The notes under the pieces: model-generated
The model's database searches: none
Told to the model about the DNA's origin: nothing
Seen by the model: the letters and a program-made list of their open reading frames with translations, nothing else
Made by a program: the position numbers and the translations under genes
Shown here: piece after piece, positions 13,860 through 25,659 of the stretch
Layout of the letters: each line of letters begins with the position of its first letter
How positions within the stretch are numbered: position 1 is the stretch's first letter
NCBI GenBank assembly: GCA_002269645.1
Contig: NIVC01003029.1
Span: 1 to 53,102 of the forward strand
Reading direction: 5' to 3'
From: Macrostomum lignano
Lineage: Eukaryota
Length of the DNA: 53,102 nt

Positions 13860-15900
13860 GATGGGCGAGGGAGAGAGAAATGCAGGGAGATAACAGAGAA
13901 GGGAGATAAGCGAGATAAGAGAGAAATGTAGGGAGATAACAGAAACGCAGGGAGGTAAGAGAGAAATTGCAGGGAGATATGCGAGAGCGAGAGAGAAATG
14001 CAGGGAGATGTGCGAAAGAGAGAGAGGAATGCAGGGAGATGCGCGAGAGAGAGAGGAATGCAGGGAGATGCGCGCGAGAGAGAGGAATGCAGGGAGATGC
14101 GCGAGAGAGAGAGAGGAATGTAGGGAGATGTGCGAGAGAGAGAAATGCAGGGAGATGTGCAAGAGAGAGAAATGCAGGGAGATGTGCGAGAGAGAGAAAT
14201 GCGGGGAGATGTAGGGAGATAAGAGAGAAACGCAGGGAGATAAGAGAGAAACGCAGGGAGATAAGAGAGAAACGCAGGGAGATAAGAGAGAAACGCAGGG
14301 AGATAAGAGAGAAGCGCAGGGAGATAAGAGAGAAGCGCAGGGAGATAAGAGAGAAACGCAGGGAGATAAGAGAGAAGCGCAGGGAGATAAGAGAGAAACG
14401 CAGGGAGATAAGAGAGAAGCGCAGGGAGATAAGAGAGAAACGCAGGGAGATAAGAGAGAAACGCAGGGAGATAAGAGAGAAACGCAGGGAGATAAGAGAG
14501 CAACGCAGGGAGATAAGAGAGAAACGCAGGGAGATAAGAGAAAAACGCAGGGAGATAAGAGAGCAACGCAGGGAGATAAGAGAGAAACGCAGGGAGATAA
14601 GAGAGAAACGCAGGGAGATAAGAGAGAAGCGCAGGGAGATAAGAGAGAAACGCAGGGAGATAAGAGAGAAACGCAGGGAGATAAGAGAGAAACACAGGGA
14701 GATAAGAGAGAAACGCAGGGAGATAAGAGAGAAACACAGGGAGATAAGAGAGAAACGCAGGGAGATAAGAGAGAAACGCAGGGAGATAAGAGAGAAACGC
14801 AGGGAGATAAGAGAGAAACACAGGGAGATAAGAGAGAAACGCAGGGAGATAAGAGAGAAACGCAGGGAGATAAGAGAGAAACGCAGGGAGATAAGAGAGA
14901 AACACAGGGAGATAAGAGAGAAACGCAGGGAGATAAGAGAGAAACGCAGGGAGATAAGAGAGAAACGCAGGGAGATAAGAGAGAAACGCAGGGAGATAAG
15001 AGAGAAACGCAGGGAGATAAGAGAGAAACGCAGGGAGATAAGAGAGAAGCGCAGGGAGATAAGAGAGAAACGCAGGGAGATAAGAGAGAAGCGCAGGGAG
15101 ATAAGAGAGAAACGCAGGGAGATAAGAGAGAAACACAGGGAGATAAGAGAGAAACGCAGGGAGATAAGAGAGAAACGCAGGGAGATAAGAGAGAAACACA
15201 GGGAGATAAGAGAGAAACACAGGGAGATAAGAGAGAAACGCAGGGAGATAAGAGAGAAACGCAGGGAGATAAGAGAGAAACGCAGGGAGATAAGAGAGAA
15301 ACACAGGGAGATAAGAGAGAAACACAGGGAGATAAGAGAGAAGCGCAGCGAGATAAGAGAGAAACGCAGGGAGATAAGAGAGAAACGCAGGGAGATAAGA
15401 GAGAAACGCAGGGAAATAAGAGAGAAGCGCAGGGAGATAAGAGAGAAGCGCAGGGAGATAAGAGAGAAGCGCAGCGAGATAAGAGAGAAACGCAGGGAGA
15501 TAAGAGAGAAACGCAGGGAGATAAGAGAGAAACGCAGGGAGATAAGAGAGAAACACAGGGAGATAAGAGAGAAACACAGGGAGATAAGAGAGAAGCGCAG
15601 CGAGATAAGAGAGAAACGCAGGGAGATAAGAGAGAAACGCAGGGAGATAAGAGAGAAACGCAGGGAAATAAGAGAGAAGCGCAGGGAGATAAGAGAGAAG
15701 CGCAGGGAGATAAGAGAGAAGCGCAGCGAGATAAGAGAGAAACGCAGGGAGATAAGAGAGAAACGCAGGGAGATAAGAGAGAAACGCAGGGAAATAAGAG
15801 AGAAGCGCAGGGAGATAAGAGAGAAGCGCAGGGAGATAAGAGAGAAGCGCAGCGAGATAAGAGAGAAACGCAGGGAGATAAGAGAGAAACGCAGGCAGAT
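13860..15900. repeat. 21-bp purine-rich minisatellite (~2 kb) in Hox3 intron 1
   Basis: Unit gagataagagagaaacgcagg; a degenerate GA-rich lead-in spans about 13860-14215. Confidence 0.98.
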
Positions 15901-17391
15901 ACGGAGAGAGATAAACGCAGTGAAAGGGCATGAACTGACTGTGTGTGAACAGAGACAGCAAGCCCCTTTGTTATAATATTTTAACTCCACGCGCGTATCA
16001 AAGTCGCAAATGGATGCTCTTCAGGCTGAGAATCGAGCCCAGTCAGTCCCGATGCCTGCGCAGCATTCAAGCAAGGGAGTGTCAGTGCGGTCCATATTTA
16101 CAGCGGCCAACTGTGGCACCGAAGAGGGCACTGGGAGATTTACATCCCCGAACTTCTGGCACTAATAAATTTTCACTGCCTCGGATTCCCAAGTGTTACG
16201 ACGGGTTGCTGGGATGTATTCCAATCTACCGACGAAATGTGCTATTGATTTTTAAGCGGCACTTGGCAAACAATAGAGCCCAAGTCATTAATTAATACGA
16301 GCTTAATTACTGATTATGATAGGCGTCACAGAAATCACAATAGTTTTGGCTAATATCTGAGATTTCTCCGCGTGCCTCATATGCTATGCCATCGGGAGTT
16401 GATTGGGGCGGAAGGTTTAGCGGATGGTGGATCATTTGTCAAATATGAGCCCTCACGCCAGATTGAAGATGAAGAGAGAGAGAGATGGGGAGAGAAGTCT
16501 GGAGGCTGGGGGGGGTATCGGCCCTCTCTCGTGACAAGACCCCGGGAGCTGCCCGCGGTGCATCGAAGCAGAGGGGGCGGGGGCGGAAGGGCGGGGCCAG
16601 GTTGCCGTGAAGGCAAGCGGCGGCTTTGAAGCGAGCCGCCACTGCTGGCTGTGGGGGAGTTCAGGAACGGCAAAAACTCCCGTGAGCTGCACCTCTGCGC
16701 CAGAGCCACGTGAGCAGCAGGCCCTGCGAGGGAGCTCACCGCGGGGCACCGGGCAGAGGAGGAGGATCAGGAGAAAGTCAATTAATCTTAGCCGGCCGGT
16801 GCACTGGGGGAGGGTCCGGGCGGAGGAGGCAGGGATGGAGGGCGGGGAACTGATGATGAATGACGGCCGAAGCTTCGCTTTTGTCTGTCTGCGGCCGCGG
16901 CGGCAGGAGCAAAGCAGACGAGGAAAATGGGAAGGAAGAGGCTGTGAGGCTGGGTTGGCGGGGGGGGTATAATTTCTGTTTTGCATATTTTTCATGATGC
17001 CGAATCGACAGAAGAAGAATGGCCGCCACCTCTCCCCCCCCCTCATCGGAGCCGAGAATTCGCGAACGAGGAGGAGAGCTCGCGGCTCTCGAGCTCCGCC
17101 TCGGATGGCCAGGCGGGCCTGACAGAGGCGGCTCAGCGGCCGACTGGGTGGAGATTGATGATTCTGCTTCCGTATTCTGCAGCGGCTGCCAGGCAAAGAA
17201 TTCTCAGCGCTGCCCCCCTTCCCCCAGGGGGACTTCAGAATCAGCACTGCTAATTCTACCTTTGGTTTCCCACCTGCTCAGCTTGGGCCGCAGGAAATGT
17301 ATAAAATGAAGCTGATGATGGGGTGCTTGCTTTGTTTAGTTGGCCACTGACTTGCTGACCAACTCGTTTAGTTGGTGCTCTCTGATTCAAC

Positions 17392-17757
17392 AAAGTGGCA
17401 CCTCTGAGGGCTCAAAGTGGCATTCCCTTCTGACACAAAGTGGCACCTCTAAGGGCTCAAAGTGGCAATTCCCGACTGACACAAAGTGGCACCTCTGAGG
17501 GCTCAAAGTGGCATTCCCGACTGACACAAAGTGGCACCTCTAAGGGCTCAAAGTGGCATTCCCGACTGACACAAAGTGGCACCTCTAAGGGCTCAAAGTG
17601 GCATTCCCGACTGACACAAAGTGGCACCTCTAAGGGCTCAAAGTGGCATTCCCGACTGACACAAAGTGGCACCTCTAAGGGCTCAAATTGGCATTCCCGA
17701 CTGACACAAAGTGGCACCTCTAAGGGCTCAAAGTGGCAATTCCCGACTGACACAAAG
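17392..17757. repeat. 45-bp minisatellite (two caaagtggca subunits) in Hox3 intron 1
   Basis: Unit caaagtggcacctctaagggctcaaagtggcattcccgactgaca. Confidence 0.95.
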
Positions 17758-19209
17758 ACTCTTGTGCTGATAAATTGTGCCGCAACAAATATCTGAATAT
17801 TTCAATCTCATTATTAGCATTGGATCAAGATAATCTGTACGCACATAAAGTTGGTCTGCCTCCCCATAAATACCATATTGCATTTATCAGTTGGTAGCAA
17901 GGCTGCTTATTCCAACCGCAATAAATTCAAGATTCTCTCGCTTAAAACTATAATTATAGTTCAGCGCGGCATCGACAGCGCCAAAAGCCTCGGCAACAAA
18001 CTGGAAAAATGGGGAGGGGGCTGCTCCATCTTCTCCGGGAACGAGAGGCTGGATGGCTGCAGCCGAATCAGGTCTGGGGGTCATAAATAACTCAGAGAGG
18101 AGAGGGGGCGGCAGCGGCGCACCTTGCCAGAACCTTCATCTTGGCCAGCTAAGGGAAAAGTCTTGCCGCGCTTTGCCTTGACTGCATGGCAAATTGTTGT
18201 GAAGTCAAGGAAAATTTATTAACCTTCATGGATTCTGGCTGCGGGTTGATGTAGCTTACGCTCGTAGTTTCCTGGCAACTATTAGAATAGTTTAACTGTC
18301 CCAAAACTAGTAAGGATAATTGGATAAAAATTAAAATCACTTATTTTATTGATTAGATTTTTTATTTTTCAGTCTAATTTAAGTATGTCATTCTATCGCA
18401 ACACCCCAGATGTTTTTTTTCAGATTCGAAATGCAAAATTGCATGTCAACAAACAAAAACCAAGTTCCCTGACCTTCAAGATAACTTCTTTTGATGCAAA
18501 AACTTGAAAGCGATTTAAATCTGGCTTCAGAATCCTGGAATTTTAGAATTGCTTTCAATTTAAAAAACAACCCGCGGCCCCCTCTACCGTTACAAAATCG
18601 AAATTCAAGCGTCCATGCCACTTCGAACTGCGGGTTGCCATGCGGCCAATACGGAAAAGATTAAGGCGGAGGAAATGATTGATGCCGGTGTCAACCTTGA
18701 TTGCAGTCGCTACCTCCCCTCCCCTCCGACCTCACGGGGTTTGAAGTCGAGTTTTGCTTCCGCAGTAGTCAGCCGTGCGCATCGCTGCTGCTGCTGTACA
18801 CTACGTGTGCGATTGTGCAGTCCGATAGCCACCACAAGACAATACACAGCTAACTTACTATCAGGGGCAAAGTTTTAAAGAGGCCACACAAACAGCTGCT
18901 GTGCTTAATTTTCCAACTGATATTTTCCTGTCAAATGTGCGGATTGGAGAGGCGGAAAGGAGATTAGGGAACCTATTGAATGAGAGGGTAATTGCAACCC
19001 AGGAAACATCCACTATGCATGCAGGCGGAGGCACTTTGCGACACCACAGCTCCACTTCAAACTGTCGATTGTTTGTAGCTTATGGACACCTCGCTACACT
19101 GCAGTTGCTTGGCTGATTGGCCCTAGCTAGAAGCAGCGAGAGACGGCTTAGATACTGAAGTCATGAAAAGTTTCTTGCGCCAGACTATACTCACAAGTAT
19201 AGTACGAAA

Positions 19210-19310
19210 ATCGGGCTTGGGCCATCCAAGGCACAGAGAGGGTACATATGCCTGACGGTCAGAAAGTCAGGCCCGCTGGACACCTTTTGCGAGTGTGTGC
19301 TTGTGTACGT
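19210..19310 (+). mobile_element. Diverged internal fragment of the SINE family
   Basis: ccaaggcacagagagggtacatatgcctgacggtcagaaagtcaggcccgctggacacc aligns by eye to 51965-52020 and to the reverse complement of 22010-22075. Confidence 0.6.
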
Positions 19311-19678
19311 ATCTAATTCCTCTCGTGAGCTGACTAACTAACACCTACTGAAGCTGAAAATGAAGCTCGGCTGCTTAGGTCCATGGCCAATTTAAAAAAA
19401 ACATATTATATACTTTGTGCATCATCTGTCATGTGCAACCCAGAGGCATTGCCTGTTGTTCTACAATAAAAAACGAAGAGAAAGATCAGAAAAAAGCGAT
19501 TGGCTGAAGCCATAAGTCACAGGCTGACGTAGGCATCAAACGGGGTTAAAATTTCAAATGTTTCATCTCTGGGGGAAGTCATCTTTGCCTTTGCGTCACC
19601 TTTGCTTTCGCCTCTGGGTGAGTATTCGCATCGCATTAACTAACAACGCCTTCAATCAAACATTCGAACATTTCACAG

Positions 19679-19952
19679 ACTCGGCCATCGGCTCGGCATC
19701 GAAGCGGATTCGCACGGCCTACACAAACGCGCAGCTGGTCGAGCTTGAGAAGGAGTTCCACTTCAACCGCTACCTGTGCCGGCCAAGACGCATCGAACTG
19801 GCCAATTCGTTGAGTCTCAGCGAGCGCCAGATCAAGATCTGGTTTCAGAACCGGCGCATGAAGTACAAGAAGGACCAGAAACTGGTCAGGGAGCAGGACA
19901 TGCGGCTGCGGCACCTCAGACAGGCCGACGGGCCGCCCCATCTTATTAAAGA
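19679..19952 (+). CDS. Hox3: Hox3-class homeobox gene, coding exon 2 (homeodomain)
   Basis: [58 protein letters not shown] carries paralog-group-3 diagnostic residues ([27 protein letters not shown]). Acceptor tttcacag; donor GA|GTAAGT, phase 2. Confidence 0.95.
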
Positions 19953-20264
19953 GTAAGTAGAAATATCGGAATTAAATGACCGTTTCAGCTACTAACAGTA
20001 GCAGATGCGTAAGTAATGCCATTAATCGATTATTAATAGACTAGTAGAAAGTGCATTAAACTACATTAACAAGTTGTATGAAATTTATACCTAGCTTTAT
20101 GCAAAAAACTGGATCCAGCTATAAAAGTGCTAAAGCTGTCATTAAGCAGCCAATTTTTTAAATATGCACATATGCTGTAGGCCCTGAAGCAAAGTTGAAC
20201 AGGACAAGTCACGTCACAATCAAAGAAATCCAAAGAAAAGTTCAATTTGCCGTCTCCTCTGCAG

Positions 20265-20537
20265 AGAGAAGTACATGCACATCGCTGGAATGATACCGAT
20301 TGCTTATCCGGGCTGCGAGCAACAGCAGCAGCAGCAGCAGCATCAGCAGCATCTTCAACAGCAGCCGGAATTGACCGAGTGCGGCAGTCCCGAAGCTGGG
20401 GCCACTGACTATCAGCCGATTCTGTGCCCAACTCAGCAGCACGACTTGATGGCGCCTCAGCAGCAGCATGCTAGGCAGCAGTTCTTCCCTCTGCACCTGC
20501 AGGAGTCTCGAGACGGCAAGCAGTCAGCCGGTTACTT

Positions 20538-20593
<56 letters not shown>

Positions 20594-20628
20594 CAGGTCA
20601 GCAGCAGTTCCGACTTCCTTTTGTTTAA
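20265..20628 (+). CDS. Hox3: Hox3-class homeobox gene, coding exon 3 (polyQ-rich C-terminus)
   Basis: Acceptor cgtctcctctgcag is phase-2 compatible. Open to TAA 20626-20628. Three exons total 906 nt = 301 aa plus stop. Confidence 0.8.
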
Positions 20629-21000
20629 GTCATTTCGTGCGGAGTGTGGACCCTATCTCTCTTTTGCTTTATTAAAAGAAATGTGTTTGTGAATATTCGT
20701 ACATACTTAAGGTCTTTGATATAAAAATTCTACCTGTGCAAATATATAGTCACGCTGTACAACTTCATCTACTTACAATATTTCTTATAAAGTTAGTTGT
20801 ACTGGGCAGTGGTGGTATTTAATCATCGATATAAAATGTAGATTAATTAAACAGTACTGGATTATATGCATGAATTAATTACTGCTGCTTATCGAACGCG
20901 TAAAACCATATAATATTGTGCAATATTCTAAGCTGTTTTAACTTCATTGATGCTTTAAAAAACCTAGCTTATCTAATGCATTTTTCTTGTTCGTTCAAAC

Positions 21001-21449
21001 CACAAGAATGACTAGAATAACTAGATGGGCCACTATTTGCGTGTAAGCTACTTTCAGCTCAGTAGTTAAGTTAGACGAAGCATTTTAATGTATTTTTAAA
21101 GCCAATGCTCATTTATTGACTCTTGCCCCCCCGCTCCCAGCTTAAACCCTCCAACTGAGCCTTTCCCCACTGCCCCCGCCCCGCCCCAATTTTTATTGCT
21201 TTTCTCAGAATTCCAGACTAAAGCTGCCATGTACATTTCAGTGGACTGGCTAATGTACATTATTGCTGAACCAATTAGCAAGTTGTTTACGCCTGCAAGC
21301 TTGGGCTTCTAAACTTATCAAAGTCGTTTTAAGCAGCCTTTTTTTATAAAATAGCTTATGTATTCTTCTTTGCTACTGAACTGAAGTAGAAAGCTGTTTT
21401 ACTAAGTATATATGCCCCAGTAGCCCATCTAGTCATTTTAGCATCTGTG
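21001..21449. mobile_element. 449-bp non-autonomous hAT-type MITE
   Basis: Perfect 8-bp TSD gttcaaac (20993-21000 and 21450-21457). Imperfect TIRs (caca...aatgactag...atgggc[c/t]act). A second copy lies at the window end. Confidence 0.85.
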
Positions 21450-21869
21450 GTTCAAACAAAGTGGTACTGCACGTACGAGCTACTATTTAACGAAAATTTA
21501 ATTCATGCAGCTGTGCTGTCAGGCGGTAACCAAATCGTTTGTTCAAATGCAGTCGTATATGTTATCGTACAACGCAGAATTGTAAACTCTGAGTTCGCTG
21601 TCGATAATTTAATAAAATAAATAGCAAATCATTTCAGACATCGTATAAAGTATAGCTCACAACACTTGAAAGTTGAGCATCAGAATCTTTATTTCTCTAT
21701 AACAGATAAGAAGATTATAAAGACACTGCCCATTGCGCAATTGTGTATTAATTATATACTCTGAAGTCTGACCCCTCATTTTATTTCTGCAGGTATCAAG
21801 CTAAAGTTCGTACTAACAGCGGAAGTAGTTAACAAAGCACTTTTTAGACCAGGATTTGTTTGGTTAAAC

Positions 21870-22216
21870 CAACAGTAATAATAATAATTGCAGAAGGGCT
21901 GCGCAGCACCCTGGCGCAACGCCTTCGGCGACATCGTCCCACAAGCAGCGCTGCACGGCAATTCTGCCGCATGCGGATGCTGTACGGCAGGCACGCAACT
22001 CATACACACGCTCACACAGGGTGTACAGCAGCCCTGACTTTCTAATCATCAGGCATGTACACTCTGTGCCTCTGGGGGTTGGCCATCATGGCTGTGAATC
22101 GCGCACGACAACCCCTGGCCATATTTTGTACAAGCTCGAAATGAATGTGATCGCGCATTGAATCAAATCAAGGGTCGCGGCGCGAGAGTCAGGATTGTTT
22201 ACTGCTGAGCTGCTCT
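21870..22216 (-). mobile_element. tRNA-derived SINE
   Basis: Reverse complement begins with a tRNA-like head (gcagctcagcagtaaac...gactctcgcgccgcgaccctt), has a body homologous to 51965-52170, and ends in an (ATT)n tail. Confidence 0.75.
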
Positions 22217-22888
22217 GGTTATAATACCCTGTTAGCCAGCGATGCGTGATGTAATATTCTGTACAATTTAGTGAAACATCGCTTGTATGTAAATCATTCC
22301 GAAACAAAGATAAATGTACATGTAATGCTCAATGGTAAATAAAATCTCAAAATTGCTCGCTATATATCAAGCATATACTGTACATGCAGGGTGCAGTATC
22401 AGCCACATCCGCACAAGTAAAGCTATTGTAAAAATGTTGCTGAGAAGTCAATTTTTGAGATAATAGTCTGAAACTTCTGTCGCAAAGAGTTAATGCAATG
22501 GTCTATCAAGTCACTCAAAAGAATCCCCTCAGGTTAAGGACGTCAACTTCTTTTCCCCAAAACTCGGAGAGATTATTCGTGCAGCAGTTTTGCACAACAT
22601 TAGCAGATTTTTCTTGTTTGCTGATCAAACACTTATTCTGACCGAAATGGGTAGAAATTTATGGGAATCATTCCTGATTTAGATTACCTATCAGCAGCAG
22701 TTGCAATTTAATCGTTAAAAAGGGATCATTAATTGCTGTTGCAGTACGAATTCGGTTGATGTGACCTGTATTCATCTAGATTGGTCAACATATTCTATTT
22801 GCCTAGATGTGTCCACAGATTCTATATCTCCCCGCTTCTTCACTGTGGTCCCATTTTTGTGGCTATTGGGAGGACAGATTGTGAGGAC

Positions 22889-23905
22889 GTATTGTCAGGA
22901 CGTGCCAAAGCAGCTGAATTCCGCCGTCATGGCGATGTACCGTGATACAAAAGCTGCTGTTTCAATACCGGACGGCCTATCGGACTTCTTTGAGACACCC
23001 TCCGGGGTGCTTCAGGGAGATACGCTTGCGCCGTTCCTGTTCGTTCTGGTGCTCGACTGGGTGCTGCGGACCGCTCTTCCTACCAAACGACGACGGCTTT
23101 CTGTTGCGGCGACGCGTGGGTCGACGTCAACCGGAGAGTCTGCGGCTCAGCGTGCTTGGATACGCCGTCGATCTCGCCCTGCTGTCCTCAACGGTCGAGG
23201 GCGCCCAGCGACAACTGGACAAGCTATAGTTGCTGTTGCGGCGAGTGTCGGCCTGGTGGTCAACACGCAGAAGACCGTCGTGCTCTGCGTGCCGGACGAC
23301 ATCAAGGCTGCGATCTTGTGCCGAGGCGCTGATGGACAGGCGACAGAGCTTCCGCGTTGTCAGCAGTTCGTCTACCTCGGCGGTCTGGTTCCCGGCGTCC
23401 GTAAAGATTTGCGGCGTCGCCGCGGGCTTGCCTGGGCTGCCTTGTTCTGTGAGGGCAGTCCTGCAGTCCAAGGCCTTACCTGACCGCCAGAGGGCAGCGT
23501 TGTTCCAGGCGGTGATCGAGACCGTCCTGCTGTACAACGCAGAGACCTGGACGCTGACGGAGTCGCTCGAACAACAAATTGACGCGGCGCACGCTGGCCT
23601 GCTGCTCGCCGCCTTCAAGATCGGCTACGAGCGAGTGACCAACGCGGCTTTGTATCGCCGCGCCGGCCTGGTCCGTCCAAGCGACCTGTTGCGCCGTCAG
23701 CGACTCCAGCTGGCAGGCCACATCATCCGCGCCGAGTCGTACTGCCGAGAGCCGGTGCAGGAAGTGCTGCTGCTAACGCTGCAGGCACCCTACTACCTGC
23801 TGACGGACGCCGGCGCCCCAGATTCGGCCGGCGGCGTGGCATTCATTCGCGACCTGGCTTTGAAGCGCGCCCTGTGACGCTAACTGCGTATTATGTTTTT
23901 AGTTG
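22889..23905 (+). mobile_element. 5'-truncated non-LTR retrotransposon (RTE/RTEX-like RT pseudogene)
   Basis: Across three frames: SGVLQGDTLAPFLFVLVLDW, GYAVDLALL (YADD motif mutated), GLVVNTQKT, FVYLGG, VLLYNAETWTL; stop at 23877. At least 3 frameshifts. Possible 10-bp TSD ttgtgaggac (22879-22888 and 23906-23915). Confidence 0.9.
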
Positions 23906-25659
23906 TTGTGAGGACAGTAGTAAGAGTTTGAGTATGCAATAAATTCTTATCAGTATACGTAAATAAATTGAAGAGAAACGTTACGTATTGTCTGTACTAG
24001 CAACCGAATTCCAAGCAGTTTTTTTTTCAGAAAGAGACTTAAAAACAATACAGAGTTGCACCCGATGTCATCCGGATCGGGAGAATTAAGGTGCCTTTTT
24101 TTATATCGGCGAGCTTTAAAAGTTAATTTGTAAAGGGGCGGGCCCTGAGCATACTGTTACATCTCAACAACAAGTGTATGTTTTGATGGTTTCCGCGCCC
24201 TGTAAAAAATTTTTTTAAATTTAATTTTCTCTCACAGTTGCTTAATTTATTTGTGATTCGCGCAATTTCAGCAGGGGCAATTATATATGTTGAGTGAAAT
24301 TTGTGTTAAAATACTGAAAACTTACAGCGGTACTTGTGTAAAGTAGCGAGTGGCAAAAATATGAGGAAACAGAAATTATAATTTACTCTTGACGCGGCTC
24401 TCATCAATTGAGAGTCAGCCTTTTGACACCTTACTTATTTTAATCATTTAAACATTTATGGATATTAAATAAACAAATAATTACCATGCGGTGAGGGTTT
24501 TATTGTATATTTTAGCTGTAAATGAATTTTTAAAAGCTGTATTTATAACATATAAAATTTATCAATTACCGAGAGCGTTTTGAAATAAAAGTTCTTTTAT
24601 TTTATATTTTCGAGGAACGGGACACTTTAAATTCCTGCTACGGATCTAGAATTTCGTTAATTCAAGGTAGTCAATAGTCTTCGAACTCGAAGACGCTTGA
24701 GCTTGAGCATGCTCGGCCTTCTTATCCCTATTGATCTAATTAATCCGATTATTGATTTGAGCACTAATCCAAACTAAGGACTACTTCAGTAGAAGGACGG
24801 GAAACTACGGTTCTTGGAAATATAGGAAGCAGGTTTTAACTAAAAATGCATTATACTAAAGAGAATGGAGGTTTTCATTTTTTATTTCATTTAAAAGTGG
24901 GAATGCAGAATGATATAGCTTGAAAGCTTTGTCTGTCGCATTAAGTCTATTAGTCAGGTGGTAGAATTAGTCAGTTTTCAGTCAGTATGGATGCCAAAAA
25001 CTGTGCCTTTTTGAGAACCAGTTAATAGTTTTAAAAACCGGTTTGCTCATCAATTTTTTTAAAAGAACTAAATATGCATAGAACTTATATACTATTATAT
25101 ATTTGCCTTATTTTTAATGTTTATCTGCTTCTGCCTAAAGCATGTTATTTTTCTTAACAGCTATCTAACTAATTACCTAATAATAATGTTGTCAGTTTTG
25201 CAAATAATGTGATTATATGAACTTTTATAACTTTATAATAATAATCAGTTTGTGTGTAGGCCTAAATTGGGCGCATGACCAAGATGGCCACACACCAAGA
25301 TGGCCACAGCTCTGAATGGCTGCTTGGATAGGAATAGGTCTATATATTTCCTCATTTCCTATTGGCTGTGATTGGGGTGGGGTATGACGTAGCTTCAAGT
25401 CTCGGAGAAAACAGATTTCGTTGGTGAAATTAGACTAAGTAAAACAAAAAACACTTCCCTTTACAGCAGGTATTACTTATTACTACCTACTAAAGCTATA
25501 GTAGCACTACTAGCACAAGACATTTAATTTTTGTATCATGGATAATAGTTTCAAACCTATCTCAATATACTAAAACTGACGTGTTGTTTGTATATGTTAA
25601 AAGTTAAAGGTAGAGGGTAAAGTTATTAGTTATGATAGAAGTAAGCAAAAATTGGAGTG

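Noticed and set aside
11775-15990. Very long ORFs (569, 669, 715, 749 aa)
   Set aside because: Stop-free translations of the 29/30-bp and 21-bp arrays, open in several frames and on both strands, overlapping a real Hox exon and intron.
22225-22246. TACCCTGT matching the miR-10/miR-993 seed near Hox3
   Set aside because: Diverges right after the seed, and no complementary arm forms a precursor hairpin.
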